Assembly: GCA_965221775.1 (NCBI GenBank)
Contig: CBDCSU010000004.1
Coordinates: forward strand, 128,001 to 192,000
Length of the DNA stretch: 64,000 nucleotides
Source: Candidatus Latescibacterota bacterium
GTDB taxonomy: Bacteria; Latescibacterota; UBA2968; UBA8231
Direction of reading: 5' to 3'
How positions within the stretch are numbered: the stretch's first letter is position 1; the number at the start of each line of letters is the position of its first letter. Positions 8,560-19,129 of the stretch are shown piece after piece. The notes beneath the pieces are model-generated. The model saw only the letters and a program-made list of their open reading frames with translations, did not search any database and was not told the origin of the DNA. Both the position numbers and the translations under genes were made by a program.

Positions 8560-9623
8560 CCATCCTCCAGAACGGCGGGGTCGTGGAGCTTCAGCGGCAC
8601 CCGGGGCACGACCTCGGGGTTGACGACTTGATCGGGGCGGGGCATGTGGCCGCGGAGCACGCAGGCCAGGTTCTCGACGCTGCCGGTGGCCACGTCCCGC
8701 GTCGAGTCCACGGAGAGGGCCGAGACGTGGGGCGTGGCGATGACGTTGGGGGCGGTGATGAGCGGGTGGGTCGGCACCTCCTCGGTCTCGCCGAAGATCT
8801 CGATGATGCCGAAGGTGTCGAGGCCGGCGCCGCCGAGGCGTCCGGCGCGCAGCAGCTCGTCCAGAGCGTCCTCGTCGACGATGTCGCCCCGCGAGGCGTT
8901 GATCAGGAAGGCGCCGGGCTTCATGCGCTCCAGGCGCTCCCGGTCGAGGAGCCGGTGCGTCTGTCCGGTCAAGGGCAGGTGCAGGGAGACGAAGTCCGAG
9001 CGCTGCAGCAGCTCGTCGAGGCCGACCATCTCGACCCCCAGCTCATCGGCCTCCGGCGAGGGCCGGTCCATGTCGCGGCGGGTGGCGATCACGGTGAGGC
9101 CGCAGGGCCGGGCGCGGCGCGTCACGGCGATCGCCGAGGCGCCCCAGCCGACGAGGCCCAGGGTGAGGCTCGACAGGCGGCGCAGGGCCAGCGACTCGAC
9201 GCGGGCCTTGCGGTAGGCGCCGTCCAGCATGTGGCGGGCCATGCGCGGGATGAGGCGGCCCAGGGAGAGGATCATGGCCATCACGTGGTCGGCCATCTCC
9301 TCGGTGCTGAAGTCGGGCACGTTGGAGACGACGATGCCGCGCTCGGTGGCGCGGGCCACGTCGATGCGGTCGGTGCCGTTGCCGATGCGCGAGATGAGGG
9401 CGCAGCGCTCCAGGCCGTCGACGACGGCGGCGGGCAGCTTGGCCGAGACCACGCAGACCGCGTCGGCATCGCGCACGTGGGGCAGGATCTGCTCCGGCTC
9501 GGCGGCCTCGACCTCCACCGGGCGGATGCCGAGGCGGTCGAGGAGCCGGCGCTCGGTCCCGGACATGGGGAACAGCTCGGCGTTGAGGCGGACCACCCGG
9601 GCCTCGGCAGGTGATGGCAGCAA
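8556..9623 (-). CDS. D-isomer-specific 2-hydroxyacid dehydrogenase (SerA/CtBP-like)
   Basis: VSNVPDF, SLHLPLT, INASRG, TPH motifs. Start uncertain (TTG). Confidence 0.88.
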   Translation of the reverse strand: MLPSPAEARVVRLNAELFPMSGTERRLLDRLGIRPVEVEAAEPEQILPHVRDADAVCVVSAKLPAAVVDGLERCALISRIGNGTDRIDVARATERGIVVSNVPDFSTEEMADHVMAMILSLGRLIPRMARHMLDGAYRKARVESLALRRLSSLTLGLVGWGASAIAVTRRARPCGLTVIATRRDMDRPSPEADELGVEMVGLDELLQRSDFVSLHLPLTGQTHRLLDRERLERMKPGAFLINASRGDIVDEDALDELLRAGRLGGAGLDTFGIIEIFGETEEVPTHPLITAPNVIATPHVSALSVDSTRDVATGSVENLACVLRGHMPRPDQVVNPEVVPRVPLKLHDPAVLEDG

Positions 9624-9735
9624 ACGGCGAATCCTCCGGAGGGGCAGCGGTGGCCGCCGGCCGGGGCCGCCGGCGAACCGGGCGACAAGGTAGTGCTCCG
9701 GCCGAGAGCCGAAAACGCGCCGGCCGAGGGCGGCC

Positions 9736-10950
9736 TCAGGCCCACCCGGCGATGAAGCTGTCCACGGTGAGGGACTCGGGGACCTCGTTGAAGAAGTAGC
9801 GCGTCGACCGCCCCTGGAAGCCGGGGACGGTCTGCTTCTCCTCGCCCCGCAGGCTCCGGTCGACGGGCTCGAAGCGCGCCCACAGAGCCTCTGCCTCCGC
9901 GTTGGAGAAGCGGTCGCCCAGCCGCCGGCCCCACTGCAGGGTCATGGGGTGGACCATGGCGGCGAACTTGCGGTCCTTCTCCGGCAGACTCTCGAAGTCG
10001 GGATGCTTCAGGTTGCGGATGTCCCGGGCCGACTTGCTCAGGAAGATGGTGCTCTGTCGCCTGGCCATGGGGCCCGAGCCCGGGTGCAACGTCTCGAGAG
10101 CCTGATGGTAGCCCGGGCCGTCGCCTTGCAGAACGGCCCTCAGGGCGGACTCCACGTGGTCGAGGGCGAGGTCGCTGCGTCCGCGCCAGCGCTCGAAGGT
10201 GGCCTGCGCCCCGGGCGAGAGATGCTCGATGTAGTGCGGGTCCGGGTAGTGGGTGAAGTTCGAGAAGCCGCCGTGGATGACGCGCCGCAGGCGGGTGCTG
10301 TAGTCGCTGGCCCAGTGCAGGATCGGCAGGATGTAGGCGACCCCGTCACCGGCGGCCAGGCGGGTCTGCACGCCGCTGTCGAGGGGGGCGCGGTCGTTGC
10401 GGCTCAGCTGCTCCGCCTCCTCCGGCGTGTTCGGCCGCAGGTGGCTGCCGGGCACCACCCAGAGGACGTCGTCGTCGTAGAGGGTGAGGTTCCACTGCAC
10501 GTAGCGGGGGCCGCTCTCGCGGATGTCCTCGGCGTAGCCCATGACGGTGGAGCTGTGGGCCGGGGAGAAGTCCCGGTGCCAGCGCGCCGGACCGTGATCG
10601 CGCACCGGGCTGCACATGAGCATCATCTCCGTCACCGCCGCGTCCTCGACGCCGAGGAGCCGGCTGCTGACGCCCTGCACGTTCTCGTGGAGCCAGATCT
10701 CGACGGCGCCGGCGGTGGAGGCGTCGATCTCCCCGGCCATGTCGGTGAGGATCAGCCGCGGCTGGGCGCCGGTCTCCCAGTGGCCGCCCGGCGGGTCCCC
10801 GGGGGCGCGGTCCCGGGCCCAGACGGCGCGCTGGCGGTCGACGAGGATCTCGTAGACGCGGCGCAGCTCCTCGAGCTGGTCGGGAGGGATGACCTGCCGC
10901 AGGATGACATAGCCCTCTTCGAGAAAGCGCTGGCGGTCCACCTCCATCAC
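9736..10950 (-). CDS. PhyH family dioxygenase with C-terminal extension
   Basis: FLEEGYVILRQVI, WHRD, VVPGSH, ILHW. Confidence 0.8.
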   Translation of the reverse strand: MMEVDRQRFLEEGYVILRQVIPPDQLEELRRVYEILVDRQRAVWARDRAPGDPPGGHWETGAQPRLILTDMAGEIDASTAGAVEIWLHENVQGVSSRLLGVEDAAVTEMMLMCSPVRDHGPARWHRDFSPAHSSTVMGYAEDIRESGPRYVQWNLTLYDDDVLWVVPGSHLRPNTPEEAEQLSRNDRAPLDSGVQTRLAAGDGVAYILPILHWASDYSTRLRRVIHGGFSNFTHYPDPHYIEHLSPGAQATFERWRGRSDLALDHVESALRAVLQGDGPGYHQALETLHPGSGPMARRQSTIFLSKSARDIRNLKHPDFESLPEKDRKFAAMVHPMTLQWGRRLGDRFSNAEAEALWARFEPVDRSLRGEEKQTVPGFQGRSTRYFFNEVPESLTVDSFIAGWA

Positions 10951-11039
10951 GAACCCTCCTGTCCGTCTTGCCGTGCAAGGCTGCTCGCGGCACCATAGGT
11001 TGTCGAGCGCCCCGAGGTCAACCTGCCAGGAGAGCGACC

Positions 11040-11408
11040 GTGACCGAAATGCCCATCGCCAAGGAGCCCTTCTACAACACCACCCGCCGCGCCGGCGACA
11101 CCCTGTACCTGTCCGGCTTCGGCCCCGTCGATCTCGACTTGAACGTCGTCGGCCGGGACATCATCGAGCAGACCCGGTACACCATGCAGCTCATGGTGCA
11201 GGCCATGAAGAAGGAAGGAGCGACCACCGCGGACCTGGTGCGCGTGAACGTCTTCCTCCTCGACATGGCCGACCGCGACGGCTTCAACGAGGCCTACATG
11301 GAGTTCTTCGACGGGCCGCCCATGCCGACGCGGCGGCTCATCGGCGCCGGCGACCTCTTCAAGGGGATCCTCGTCGAGATCGACGGCATCGCCTGGATGG
11401 GAGACTGA
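11040..11408 (+). CDS. RidA/YjgF/UK114 family protein
   Basis: TLYLSG, VRVNVFL, FNEAY..FF..P.PTR, VEIDGIA. AGGAG RBS before GTG 11040. Confidence 0.85.
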   Translation: MTEMPIAKEPFYNTTRRAGDTLYLSGFGPVDLDLNVVGRDIIEQTRYTMQLMVQAMKKEGATTADLVRVNVFLLDMADRDGFNEAYMEFFDGPPMPTRRLIGAGDLFKGILVEIDGIAWMGD

Positions 11409-11411
11409 CAG

Positions 11412-12353
11412 ATGACCACGAGAGTCGGATCGGGAGACCACCGCTTCGAGGAGCGGCACGACTGGCCGCGGCTGCCGGAGGGCTGGAGCTTCCGGGAAGT
11501 GGTGGACGTGGCCGTGGACGCGCAGGACCGGGTCTGCGTCTTCGGCCGCGGCCAGCAGCCGGTCATGGTCTTCGAGGCCGACGGCTCCCTCGCCGGGGCC
11601 TGGGGCGAAGGCATGTTCACGCGGCCCCACGGCGTCACCGCGGGGCCCGACGGCGCCCTCTGGACCGCTGACGACGACGGCCACTGCGTGCGCCGCTTCA
11701 CCTGGGACGGCGAGCTGCAGCTGACCATCGGCACGCCGGGGCAGGGTTCGCCGGTGCACAGCGGCGACCCCTTCAACCGGCCCACCAAAATCGCCGTCGA
11801 CCCCCGCTCCGGGGCGCTCTACATCGCCGACGGCTACGGCAACGCCAGGGTCCACAAGTACTCCCCGGAAGGCGAGCACCTGCTCTCCTGGGGCGAGTTC
11901 GGCACCGGCCCGGGGCAGTTCAACCTGGTCCACAGCGTCTGCACCGACGACGCCGGCCGCGTCTACATCGCCGACCGCGAGAACCACCGCGTGCAGATCT
12001 TCGACGACCAGGGCACCTGCCTCGACCAGTGGAACAACATGCACCGCCCCTGCGGCCTGCTCGTCTCCGGCGACCGCGTCTACATCGGCCAGCTGCCCAG
12101 CCACCTCGACGTCAACGCCGCCTACCCCAACATCGGCGCCTGCGTCACCATCCACGACCTGCAGGGGAACCAGCTCGCCCGCCTCGGCGGCGCCCACCCC
12201 GGCGAGGGTCCGGGGGAGTACACGGCGCCCCACGGTTTGGCGGTGGACTCGCGGGGGGATCTGTATGTGGGCGAGGTTTCCTGGAGAGCCTACGGTCGGC
12301 GGCTGGATCCGCCGCGGCTGGTGCGCTGCTTCCGCAAGCTGGTCCGGGTGTGA
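11412..12353 (+). CDS. NHL-repeat beta-propeller (peptidylamidoglycolate lyase-like)
   Basis: RPHG, FNRPT.IAVD, YIADGYGNARV, YIADRENHRVQIFD, PHGLAVD repeats. Confidence 0.88.
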   Translation: MTTRVGSGDHRFEERHDWPRLPEGWSFREVVDVAVDAQDRVCVFGRGQQPVMVFEADGSLAGAWGEGMFTRPHGVTAGPDGALWTADDDGHCVRRFTWDGELQLTIGTPGQGSPVHSGDPFNRPTKIAVDPRSGALYIADGYGNARVHKYSPEGEHLLSWGEFGTGPGQFNLVHSVCTDDAGRVYIADRENHRVQIFDDQGTCLDQWNNMHRPCGLLVSGDRVYIGQLPSHLDVNAAYPNIGACVTIHDLQGNQLARLGGAHPGEGPGEYTAPHGLAVDSRGDLYVGEVSWRAYGRRLDPPRLVRCFRKLVRV

Positions 12354-12395
12354 GGGGCGGACGACTCCCTGACCTCCCTTCGACTTTCTTGCATC

Positions 12396-14819
12396 GTGTT
12401 GTTGGCCCCCCTCCTGTTCCTGCTGGACAGCCGGGCCCAGGACTACACCTACCGGAATCTGCCCGAAGGGGCCATCGCACGCCTGGGAAAGGGACACTTC
12501 ACGGGGACTGTCTATTCGCCCGACGGGTCGCTTCTGGCTATAGGCAGGAGCATCGGTCTCTCGATCTACGAGGTGAGTACCGGCAGGGAGGTCGCTTTTC
12601 TGCAGGACAGCAGTCCCAGGAAGACCCGTTCTATGGTCTTCTCTCCGGACGGAAGTACCCTGGCCTGTATCATCGGCGCCTCTGCTTCCAAGGACAATTC
12701 GATTCTCCTGTGGGATGTATCTACCTGGGAGATGATCGCTTCCTTGGAGGGACACGAATGGAGCATCCACTTGGTAGCGTTCTATCCGGACGGGGAGAAG
12801 CTGATCAGTTCCAGCTCGGAGATGATCCGCCTATGGGATGTGGATACCGGGTCTGTGGAGTTCACCGAAGAAACGGGCCAAGAGAGTGCTACTTCTCCGG
12901 TACTGTCGCCGGAGGGGGATATCCTGGTCAGAGGGATTGATGATGATGTAGAGATACGGGATGCCTCCACCGGAGAGCTGTTGCATACTCTGGAGTCAAG
13001 TGGAGAATCCCGCACTATGGATTCAAACCCGGGTGATGTCAGGTTTCTGGAGTTTTCGCCGGACGGCGCCACTCTGGCTGTGGGCAGATGGAGCGGCTAC
13101 GTAGACCTCCTCGACGTAGCCACTTGGAGCGTGCTGGCCACACTCGGGGACCATGGCAAGGAAGTGGAATCCCTGACCTTTTCACCCGATGGCCAGACCG
13201 TGGCAGGTGCCAGCAGATTCACGGTCCTCCTGTGGGACCTGGCTACCGGGGGCCTGGTAAAGGCCCTTGAAAGACCTGGGCAAGAGTGGGTTGTCGATTC
13301 TGTGACTTTCTCCGCGGACGGCACTCTTCTGGCCAGCAGCAGCCGGGCGATTTCGCACCTGTGGGATCCGTCGAGTGGAGAGAGACTGGTCACGGTGGCA
13401 GGCCGGTTCAAGGCGTTCTCTCCGACGGGCGACAGCTTCGTCAGTGCAGATCCCAACGGATTGGTCAGTCTGTGGGACATCGACGGATCTCTGATCGCCA
13501 CCTTCGAATCTGACAGTCCTGTCGCCTCTCTCGTCTTTTCCCCGGACAGCCGGACCCTGGCGAGTGTCAGCTATCGCTACACCCGCCTGTGGGACGTGTC
13601 CAGCAGGACGCTGATCACAGCTCTGGAAGGCGCGGACGGGGGGCCACGTTGTCTGGCATTCTCCCCGGACGGAGAGACCGTAGCTACCGGCCATTTCGCT
13701 CAGATTCTGCTGTGGGATGCCACCGGGAGTCCCTTGAGTGCCCTCGAGGGTCCTACCTCTTACGTGTTCTCTCTGATGTTCTCGCCAGACGGAAGCCTCC
13801 TGGCCAGTCGCGGCCAGGAAGAAACCCTCTATCTGTGGAATACGTCAGACTGGACGCTGGTGACTACCCTTGCAGGCCACGATCATGACCATGAGGTCCG
13901 TTCGATGCGCTTTTCCCCGGACGGCTCTCTCCTGGCCACTGCGAGAAGGGGAGATGGGATCGTCCGTCTATGGAATACGTCCAACTGGACTCTCGCAGGC
14001 ACCCTCGATCACAGCAGGTCCGTCAGGACCGTACTATTCTCCCCTGACGGGAGCATTCTGGCCACTGTCAGTGGTGACAAAGGCTGGTTGTGGGATCTTT
14101 CTACCGGAGAGGCCCTGATCACTATCGACGGGTGGTTGCGGGAGGGGTCGGAGAGACCGATGGGTATCGGCTTTCTGGAGTTCTCTCCCGATGGGACGAT
14201 GTTGGCCGCTGGCAGCGGCGACGGGGTTCTCCTGTGGGACGTGGCCGGGAGAACCCGGATCGCCAGACTCGAAGGCCATACGTACATACTCCTTTCGATG
14301 GCTATCTCTCCCGACGGGAGAATCCTGGCCAGTGGGAGCGGCGGCTGGGACAAGACCATCCGCCTGTGGAACACGTCCACGGCGGACTCGGTCATCACCC
14401 TCGCGGGGCACTCGGACGATATTTCCAGCCTCGTGTTCTCTCCTGATGGAAGAGTCTTGGCCAGCGGCGGCGAGGACGCTGCGATCCTGCTGTGGGACGT
14501 ACCCTATGAGAGGGTCCAGTCCTTCGGAGTCTCCCGGCCGGCCCATACCGTCCTGCTGCCCAACTACCCCAACCCATTCAACGGTGGCACGGAGATCCCT
14601 TACCGGCTGGCAGATCCCGGCCCGGTGCAGCTGGTCGTCTACAATCTCCTGGGGCAGCCGGTGCGCACGTTGGTGGATCAATTCCAGGACCTCGGTCCGC
14701 ACCGGGTCCCCTGGGACGCCAGGGACGGGCTGGGGGCTGGGGTAGCCTCCGGGGTCTATCTTGCCCATCTTCGGTATCCTGGTGGGACCCAGACGCGCCG
14801 GCTGCTCTACCTCGAGTAG
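12396..14819 (+). CDS. Secreted WD40-repeat protein with C-terminal FlgD/T9SS-type-A-like 'PNPFN' domain
   Basis: Signal-like N-terminus, about 16 (F/Y)SPDG...LWD repeats, and a C-terminal NYPNPFN...YNLLGQ.VRTLV...WD.RD..G..VASGVY. Confidence 0.9.
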   Translation: MLLAPLLFLLDSRAQDYTYRNLPEGAIARLGKGHFTGTVYSPDGSLLAIGRSIGLSIYEVSTGREVAFLQDSSPRKTRSMVFSPDGSTLACIIGASASKDNSILLWDVSTWEMIASLEGHEWSIHLVAFYPDGEKLISSSSEMIRLWDVDTGSVEFTEETGQESATSPVLSPEGDILVRGIDDDVEIRDASTGELLHTLESSGESRTMDSNPGDVRFLEFSPDGATLAVGRWSGYVDLLDVATWSVLATLGDHGKEVESLTFSPDGQTVAGASRFTVLLWDLATGGLVKALERPGQEWVVDSVTFSADGTLLASSSRAISHLWDPSSGERLVTVAGRFKAFSPTGDSFVSADPNGLVSLWDIDGSLIATFESDSPVASLVFSPDSRTLASVSYRYTRLWDVSSRTLITALEGADGGPRCLAFSPDGETVATGHFAQILLWDATGSPLSALEGPTSYVFSLMFSPDGSLLASRGQEETLYLWNTSDWTLVTTLAGHDHDHEVRSMRFSPDGSLLATARRGDGIVRLWNTSNWTLAGTLDHSRSVRTVLFSPDGSILATVSGDKGWLWDLSTGEALITIDGWLREGSERPMGIGFLEFSPDGTMLAAGSGDGVLLWDVAGRTRIARLEGHTYILLSMAISPDGRILASGSGGWDKTIRLWNTSTADSVITLAGHSDDISSLVFSPDGRVLASGGEDAAILLWDVPYERVQSFGVSRPAHTVLLPNYPNPFNGGTEIPYRLADPGPVQLVVYNLLGQPVRTLVDQFQDLGPHRVPWDARDGLGAGVASGVYLAHLRYPGGTQTRRLLYLE

Positions 14820-14897
14820 CTCGAGCCTGGTGATGGCCCATCCAGCTCTGCCGAAGCAGCCGCCGTGGCATCCAGTGACGATCACAAGGAGTCTGCA

Positions 14898-16250
14898 ATG
14901 CGGCCGAACGCTCGATGGATGGTGTTGGTCCTCATGTCCGTGATGACTCTCCAACTCGGCTCCGCCCACGGGCAGGCAGCGGAGTTGAGCCGCGGCAAGC
15001 GCTGGGTGCGCAGCCACCCGTTCACCACGATGGCGCTGACGATCGTGCCGAACACGTTCAACGCCGATCACTACGCCCGGGCCAACCTGACGAAGGTCCT
15101 GGCTTGGAAGATCAGGCCCAAGCTGCTGGAAAAGGCGGCGGCCAAGGGGCTGAGTTGGCACCAGCACGTGCGCCCGCACATGGACGGCCTGACCGACGAG
15201 CTCAAAGCCACGCTGCAGGGGCTGAATGCCGACTATCCCGGGCAGACGGGGTGGCTGGTCTGGGACGAGCCGAACCGGCCGAAGATGTTCAAGGCCGCCA
15301 GGACGGTGGAGTGGCTCAGACAGACCTATCCCGACGCCCTGGTCTACTCCTGCGCCTTTCCGATGGGCGCGACGGCGGAGAGGTACTACGGAGGGCCGGT
15401 GCCCGAGGGTGGTTACAGCTACGAAGACTACCTGCGCGACTTTGCCACGATCATTGACCCGGACGTGGTGCTGTTCAACGCCTATCCCTTCATGGAGGAC
15501 GGGGGGACGAAGAACCTCTTTCCCACGTTGATGACCGCACGCAAGACCGGCAAGGAGAGAGACGCGCCGTACTGGGCCTTCGTGCAGGCATACGCCGACG
15601 ACAGGCGCGGCTATCGCATGCCCAGTGAATCGGACGTGCGCATGCAGGTGTTCATGCACCTGACCTGCGGGTACACGGGGATCGCGTACTTCACCTACGA
15701 AGACCAGCAGGGTCCGGCCATGATCGAGGGGGGCACCGGCCGGCGTCGGCCGATCTACTACGACGTGGCCCGGCTGAACATCGAAGTGGGCAACCTCGGC
15801 GCGGCGCTGCGCTTCCTGGAGAGCACGGCCGTGCGCTACGTGCCGCAAGGCGGCAATGGTGTCCCCGACGGGGTGACCGCCTGGAAGCCGGGCGACGGGG
15901 GTGACACGATCATCGAGGCGATCACCATCGAAGGCGGCGAGCCCGCCCCGGGGAGAGACCTGCTCATCGGGTTCTTCAAGGACGACGATGGCCAGGACTA
16001 CTTCATGCTGACCAACCTGTGGCACGGCATGGGCGCGCCGTCGGCCGAGCGGGCGGTGACGGTGACGTTGACGCTGGACCCGAAGGTGCGAGTCATCGGC
16101 CGGCTGTCACGCGAGACGGGGCAGCCGGAAGCGTTGGCCGTCGAAAGGGGTGAGTTCCGCATCACCTTGCCCGGCGGCACGGGTGAGCTGCTGCGCTTCG
16201 GGGACTCCGGGTTCCCCGGGTTGGATCCGTCCGGGCGTCAAACCCGCTGA
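14898..16250 (+). CDS. Secreted hypothetical protein, possibly a glycoside-hydrolase-like TIM barrel
   Basis: AAGGAG RBS and signal peptide (..GSAHG). WDEP, NAYP and G.TGIAYF motifs recall GH-A-like barrels. Confidence 0.55.
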   Translation: MRPNARWMVLVLMSVMTLQLGSAHGQAAELSRGKRWVRSHPFTTMALTIVPNTFNADHYARANLTKVLAWKIRPKLLEKAAAKGLSWHQHVRPHMDGLTDELKATLQGLNADYPGQTGWLVWDEPNRPKMFKAARTVEWLRQTYPDALVYSCAFPMGATAERYYGGPVPEGGYSYEDYLRDFATIIDPDVVLFNAYPFMEDGGTKNLFPTLMTARKTGKERDAPYWAFVQAYADDRRGYRMPSESDVRMQVFMHLTCGYTGIAYFTYEDQQGPAMIEGGTGRRRPIYYDVARLNIEVGNLGAALRFLESTAVRYVPQGGNGVPDGVTAWKPGDGGDTIIEAITIEGGEPAPGRDLLIGFFKDDDGQDYFMLTNLWHGMGAPSAERAVTVTLTLDPKVRVIGRLSRETGQPEALAVERGEFRITLPGGTGELLRFGDSGFPGLDPSGRQTR

Positions 16251-16305
16251 CTCTCATGTCGTCTGCTCATCGACATTCACGGGTTTCCTTCCGAGGGAGC
16301 GTCCT

Positions 16306-18852
16306 ATGCCGAAGTACAGGAGAGGCGGGTACGTTGGCTTTCTCACCGGACTGCTGGTGCTGATGGCCTCGATCGATCCGGCTGCGCACGCACAGATCGA
16401 ACTGGCCCATGCGGGAGAGGCCAGGGCTGTCATCGTGGCCGACGAGTGGGTGCCCGAAGCAACCGCGGCCTTCAGGCAGTTGTCCGTTTCCGCCGGGGAA
16501 GAGGGCGACCTTCTTGGTGAGACCTTCGAAGGAGCGACTGGTCAGCCCATCGAGACCCGGGGCTGGACGAACGTGGAGGGTGCGCATGTGGTCTCCCATG
16601 ACGGTGAGGAGTCGGGATACTCGGCCAGACCCCGCTCCCCGGGCTCTCCGCAGTTCGCGGCGGTTTCCGACAAGAAGCTGTCCCGGCCGCACACGGTCAC
16701 CGAGGACGCGCCGCTGACGCTGGAATATGTGCTCGCGCGGCCAGCCGACACCAGCCACGAGTCGTGGGCACACGCTGGCATTCATACGGAGGGTGGAGAG
16801 CGATGGGCCCATGGTGTCCACATCGCTCGGGGCGGAGATTTCTCCTTCGAGTTCGCGGCCGAAGGGGCCGATCCCGATCGCGTACCGATGCCCGGCGAGG
16901 CGGGCCGGGTATTGGATCTGAAGATGGAGATGCGGCCGGCCACCGTCCGGTGGTACTGGCGCAACCATGGGTCCGGCGAGCCATACAAGAGATGCCAGGA
17001 AGGGACGATCGCCGGCCCCGTAACGATCACCGGCGTTCGCATCAGCACGATGAGTCATCTCGGGGACAGCAAGAGAGATCTTGCCGGCATTCGACAGAAT
17101 GCGGCAACGGGCGACCTGAAGAAGTACCTCGACGTCGTCACCGGGGCAGAGTTCGCGATTGCGCGGCCAATGGAAGTCCCCGACGGCGTGGCGAGGATTC
17201 TCGTGGGCGATTCGCAGCACGCCCGAGCGCTTGCGCCCGACGTGGATTGGGACTCGCTGGGAACGGATGACATCGTGATCAAGACCGTCGGCAATTATCT
17301 GATACTGGCCGGGGGCCAACCACGCGGCACCGTGTACGCCATCTACACGTTTCTCCAGGACGCGCTCGGTTGCCGCTGGTGGGCACCTGGCGCCGCAAGC
17401 ATCCCCAGCCAGCCGAACTTGAGCGTGCCGCCGATGGATGTCGTGTACCGACCCCCTTTCAACATGCGCGTCCATGCCGGCACCTACGGCGCGACCCACG
17501 AACCGCGGGTCTGGCATCGGATGAGCTTCGACGTGAACTACGACTGGACCACCCACAGTTTCCCCAAACTGCTGCCCCCCAGTGAGCACTTCCTCGAGCA
17601 TCCCGATTGGTACATGTACTGCAAAGAGGATGGCAGTGAGGATGAGAGGTACAGCTATCTGTACACCCTCAGCGCGTTGGAGAGAGAGAGCAAGACCGAT
17701 CGGCCAGACTCCGCGTTGATCCGCCAGTATGTGGAAGTCGCCAGGCAGACCCGGCGCCTGCCCGGGCAGCCGTGCCCGAACAGCGAGGGGGGGGAGCGGA
17801 CGATTACCGCCAACGTCCTGGCCGAGCTGGAGCGCGACTATCCGGGCTGGATATATCCACAGAAGATTGCGTGGGTGCTTCAGGGGGACGGCCGGAACAT
17901 GTGCACGTGCGATCGCTGTGACGCGATGCGCCGGGAGGAAGGATCCGATGCGGCCAACTGGATGCGACTGGTCAATGCCATTGCGGAAAAGGTCGAGCGG
18001 AAGTATCCCGATGTCCTCGTCGGCATGTTTGCCTATCTGCATACCGAAGCGCCGCCCCGCACGATGCGTCCGCGGAAGAACGTGCTGGTCTACCAGGCGT
18101 TGCTCGACATGAACCGGCTGGACCCGGTGCCGAGCTACGCCTTTCACCGGGAGGCGATGAAGAAGTGGGCCGACATGAGCTCCCAGGTGTTCGTCTGGGA
18201 CTACGATGGCAACTTCCGCCATCACTTCCAGCCCCATCCGAACTACTTCAACATGGGTGTCAACGCCCGGTTCTTCCAGGAGATCGGGGTGGACGGCATC
18301 CTGCTCCAGGCCAGCTACGGGACCGCGGCGGACATGGGCCCCATGCGCACCTGGGTGGCCGGGCAGATGATGTGGGATCCACGACAGGACCAGCGAGAGC
18401 TGATGATAGAGTTTCTCAATGGCTACTACGGACCGGCTGGACCGTACTTGATGGAGTACATCGATGCCATGGTAGCCGCCGCGCACCGCCACGGTGACGA
18501 TTTCTGGCTGTCATGCTTCGAGACCGATACCGCCAACTGGGCGACCCTGGAGGATCTCAATGAGGCGACGCGTCTCTTCGATGAAGCGGCGGCTGCAATA
18601 GCCGGGGACGGGGTCTTGTCAGAGCGATTGTGGCTGGCTCGTTCGTCGATCGATATGGCCTGGTTGGACCGGTATGACGAGTTGCGTCAGGATGCGGAGC
18701 GCAGAGGGGTGCGGTTTGGCGGGCCAGAGAATCCAGCAGAGGTGGTGGATGGATGGGCACCCTATCGGCACGCATGGGGACAATTCAAGTTGCCGGGGCA
18801 GTTCTCGGAGTATTTCGACAGCATGCGAGAGAGATTTCCTTCGGCAAATTGA
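16306..18852 (+). CDS. Secreted DUF4838-like protein with an inserted N-terminal domain
   Basis: Signal peptide (AAHA), LILAGGQPRGTVYAIYTFL..LGCRWW, C.CDRC, MFAYLHT..PP, VWDY, FL..YYGPAG. Confidence 0.75.
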   Translation: MPKYRRGGYVGFLTGLLVLMASIDPAAHAQIELAHAGEARAVIVADEWVPEATAAFRQLSVSAGEEGDLLGETFEGATGQPIETRGWTNVEGAHVVSHDGEESGYSARPRSPGSPQFAAVSDKKLSRPHTVTEDAPLTLEYVLARPADTSHESWAHAGIHTEGGERWAHGVHIARGGDFSFEFAAEGADPDRVPMPGEAGRVLDLKMEMRPATVRWYWRNHGSGEPYKRCQEGTIAGPVTITGVRISTMSHLGDSKRDLAGIRQNAATGDLKKYLDVVTGAEFAIARPMEVPDGVARILVGDSQHARALAPDVDWDSLGTDDIVIKTVGNYLILAGGQPRGTVYAIYTFLQDALGCRWWAPGAASIPSQPNLSVPPMDVVYRPPFNMRVHAGTYGATHEPRVWHRMSFDVNYDWTTHSFPKLLPPSEHFLEHPDWYMYCKEDGSEDERYSYLYTLSALERESKTDRPDSALIRQYVEVARQTRRLPGQPCPNSEGGERTITANVLAELERDYPGWIYPQKIAWVLQGDGRNMCTCDRCDAMRREEGSDAANWMRLVNAIAEKVERKYPDVLVGMFAYLHTEAPPRTMRPRKNVLVYQALLDMNRLDPVPSYAFHREAMKKWADMSSQVFVWDYDGNFRHHFQPHPNYFNMGVNARFFQEIGVDGILLQASYGTAADMGPMRTWVAGQMMWDPRQDQRELMIEFLNGYYGPAGPYLMEYIDAMVAAAHRHGDDFWLSCFETDTANWATLEDLNEATRLFDEAAAAIAGDGVLSERLWLARSSIDMAWLDRYDELRQDAERRGVRFGGPENPAEVVDGWAPYRHAWGQFKLPGQFSEYFDSMRERFPSAN

Positions 18853-18931
18853 CCGAGAGTGGTTTCCCAGGGAGTGGGAGTTTCTCCAATCCCGTAGAGG
18901 CGGATCGTTCCAGCCAGTGGAGAGGGTATCG

Positions 18932-19129
18932 ATGATCTACAAGGTCGCGCTGCGAGAGTCCGATGAAGGATACAGCGTTTCTGTGCCGGGGCTACCCGGT
19001 TGCTGGTCCCAGGGAGCAACGGAGACGGAGGCGCTTGCAAACATCGAAGTGGCCATACGCGAGTATCTGGAAGCTGTCGACGAGCTCCTGGATAGCGGTG
19101 AAGTCCGAGAGGTCGAGTTGACCATTTAG
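18932..19129 (+). CDS. hicB: HicB-family antitoxin (short, no DNA-binding domain)
   Basis: EGYSVSVPGLPGCWSQGAT..EALANIE.AIREYL. Confidence 0.88.
   Translation: MIYKVALRESDEGYSVSVPGLPGCWSQGATETEALANIEVAIREYLEAVDELLDSGEVREVELTI

Noticed and set aside
14811-14825. CTCGAG-TAG-CTCGAG palindrome at the WD40 stop
   Set aside because: Too short to call a recombination site or terminator.
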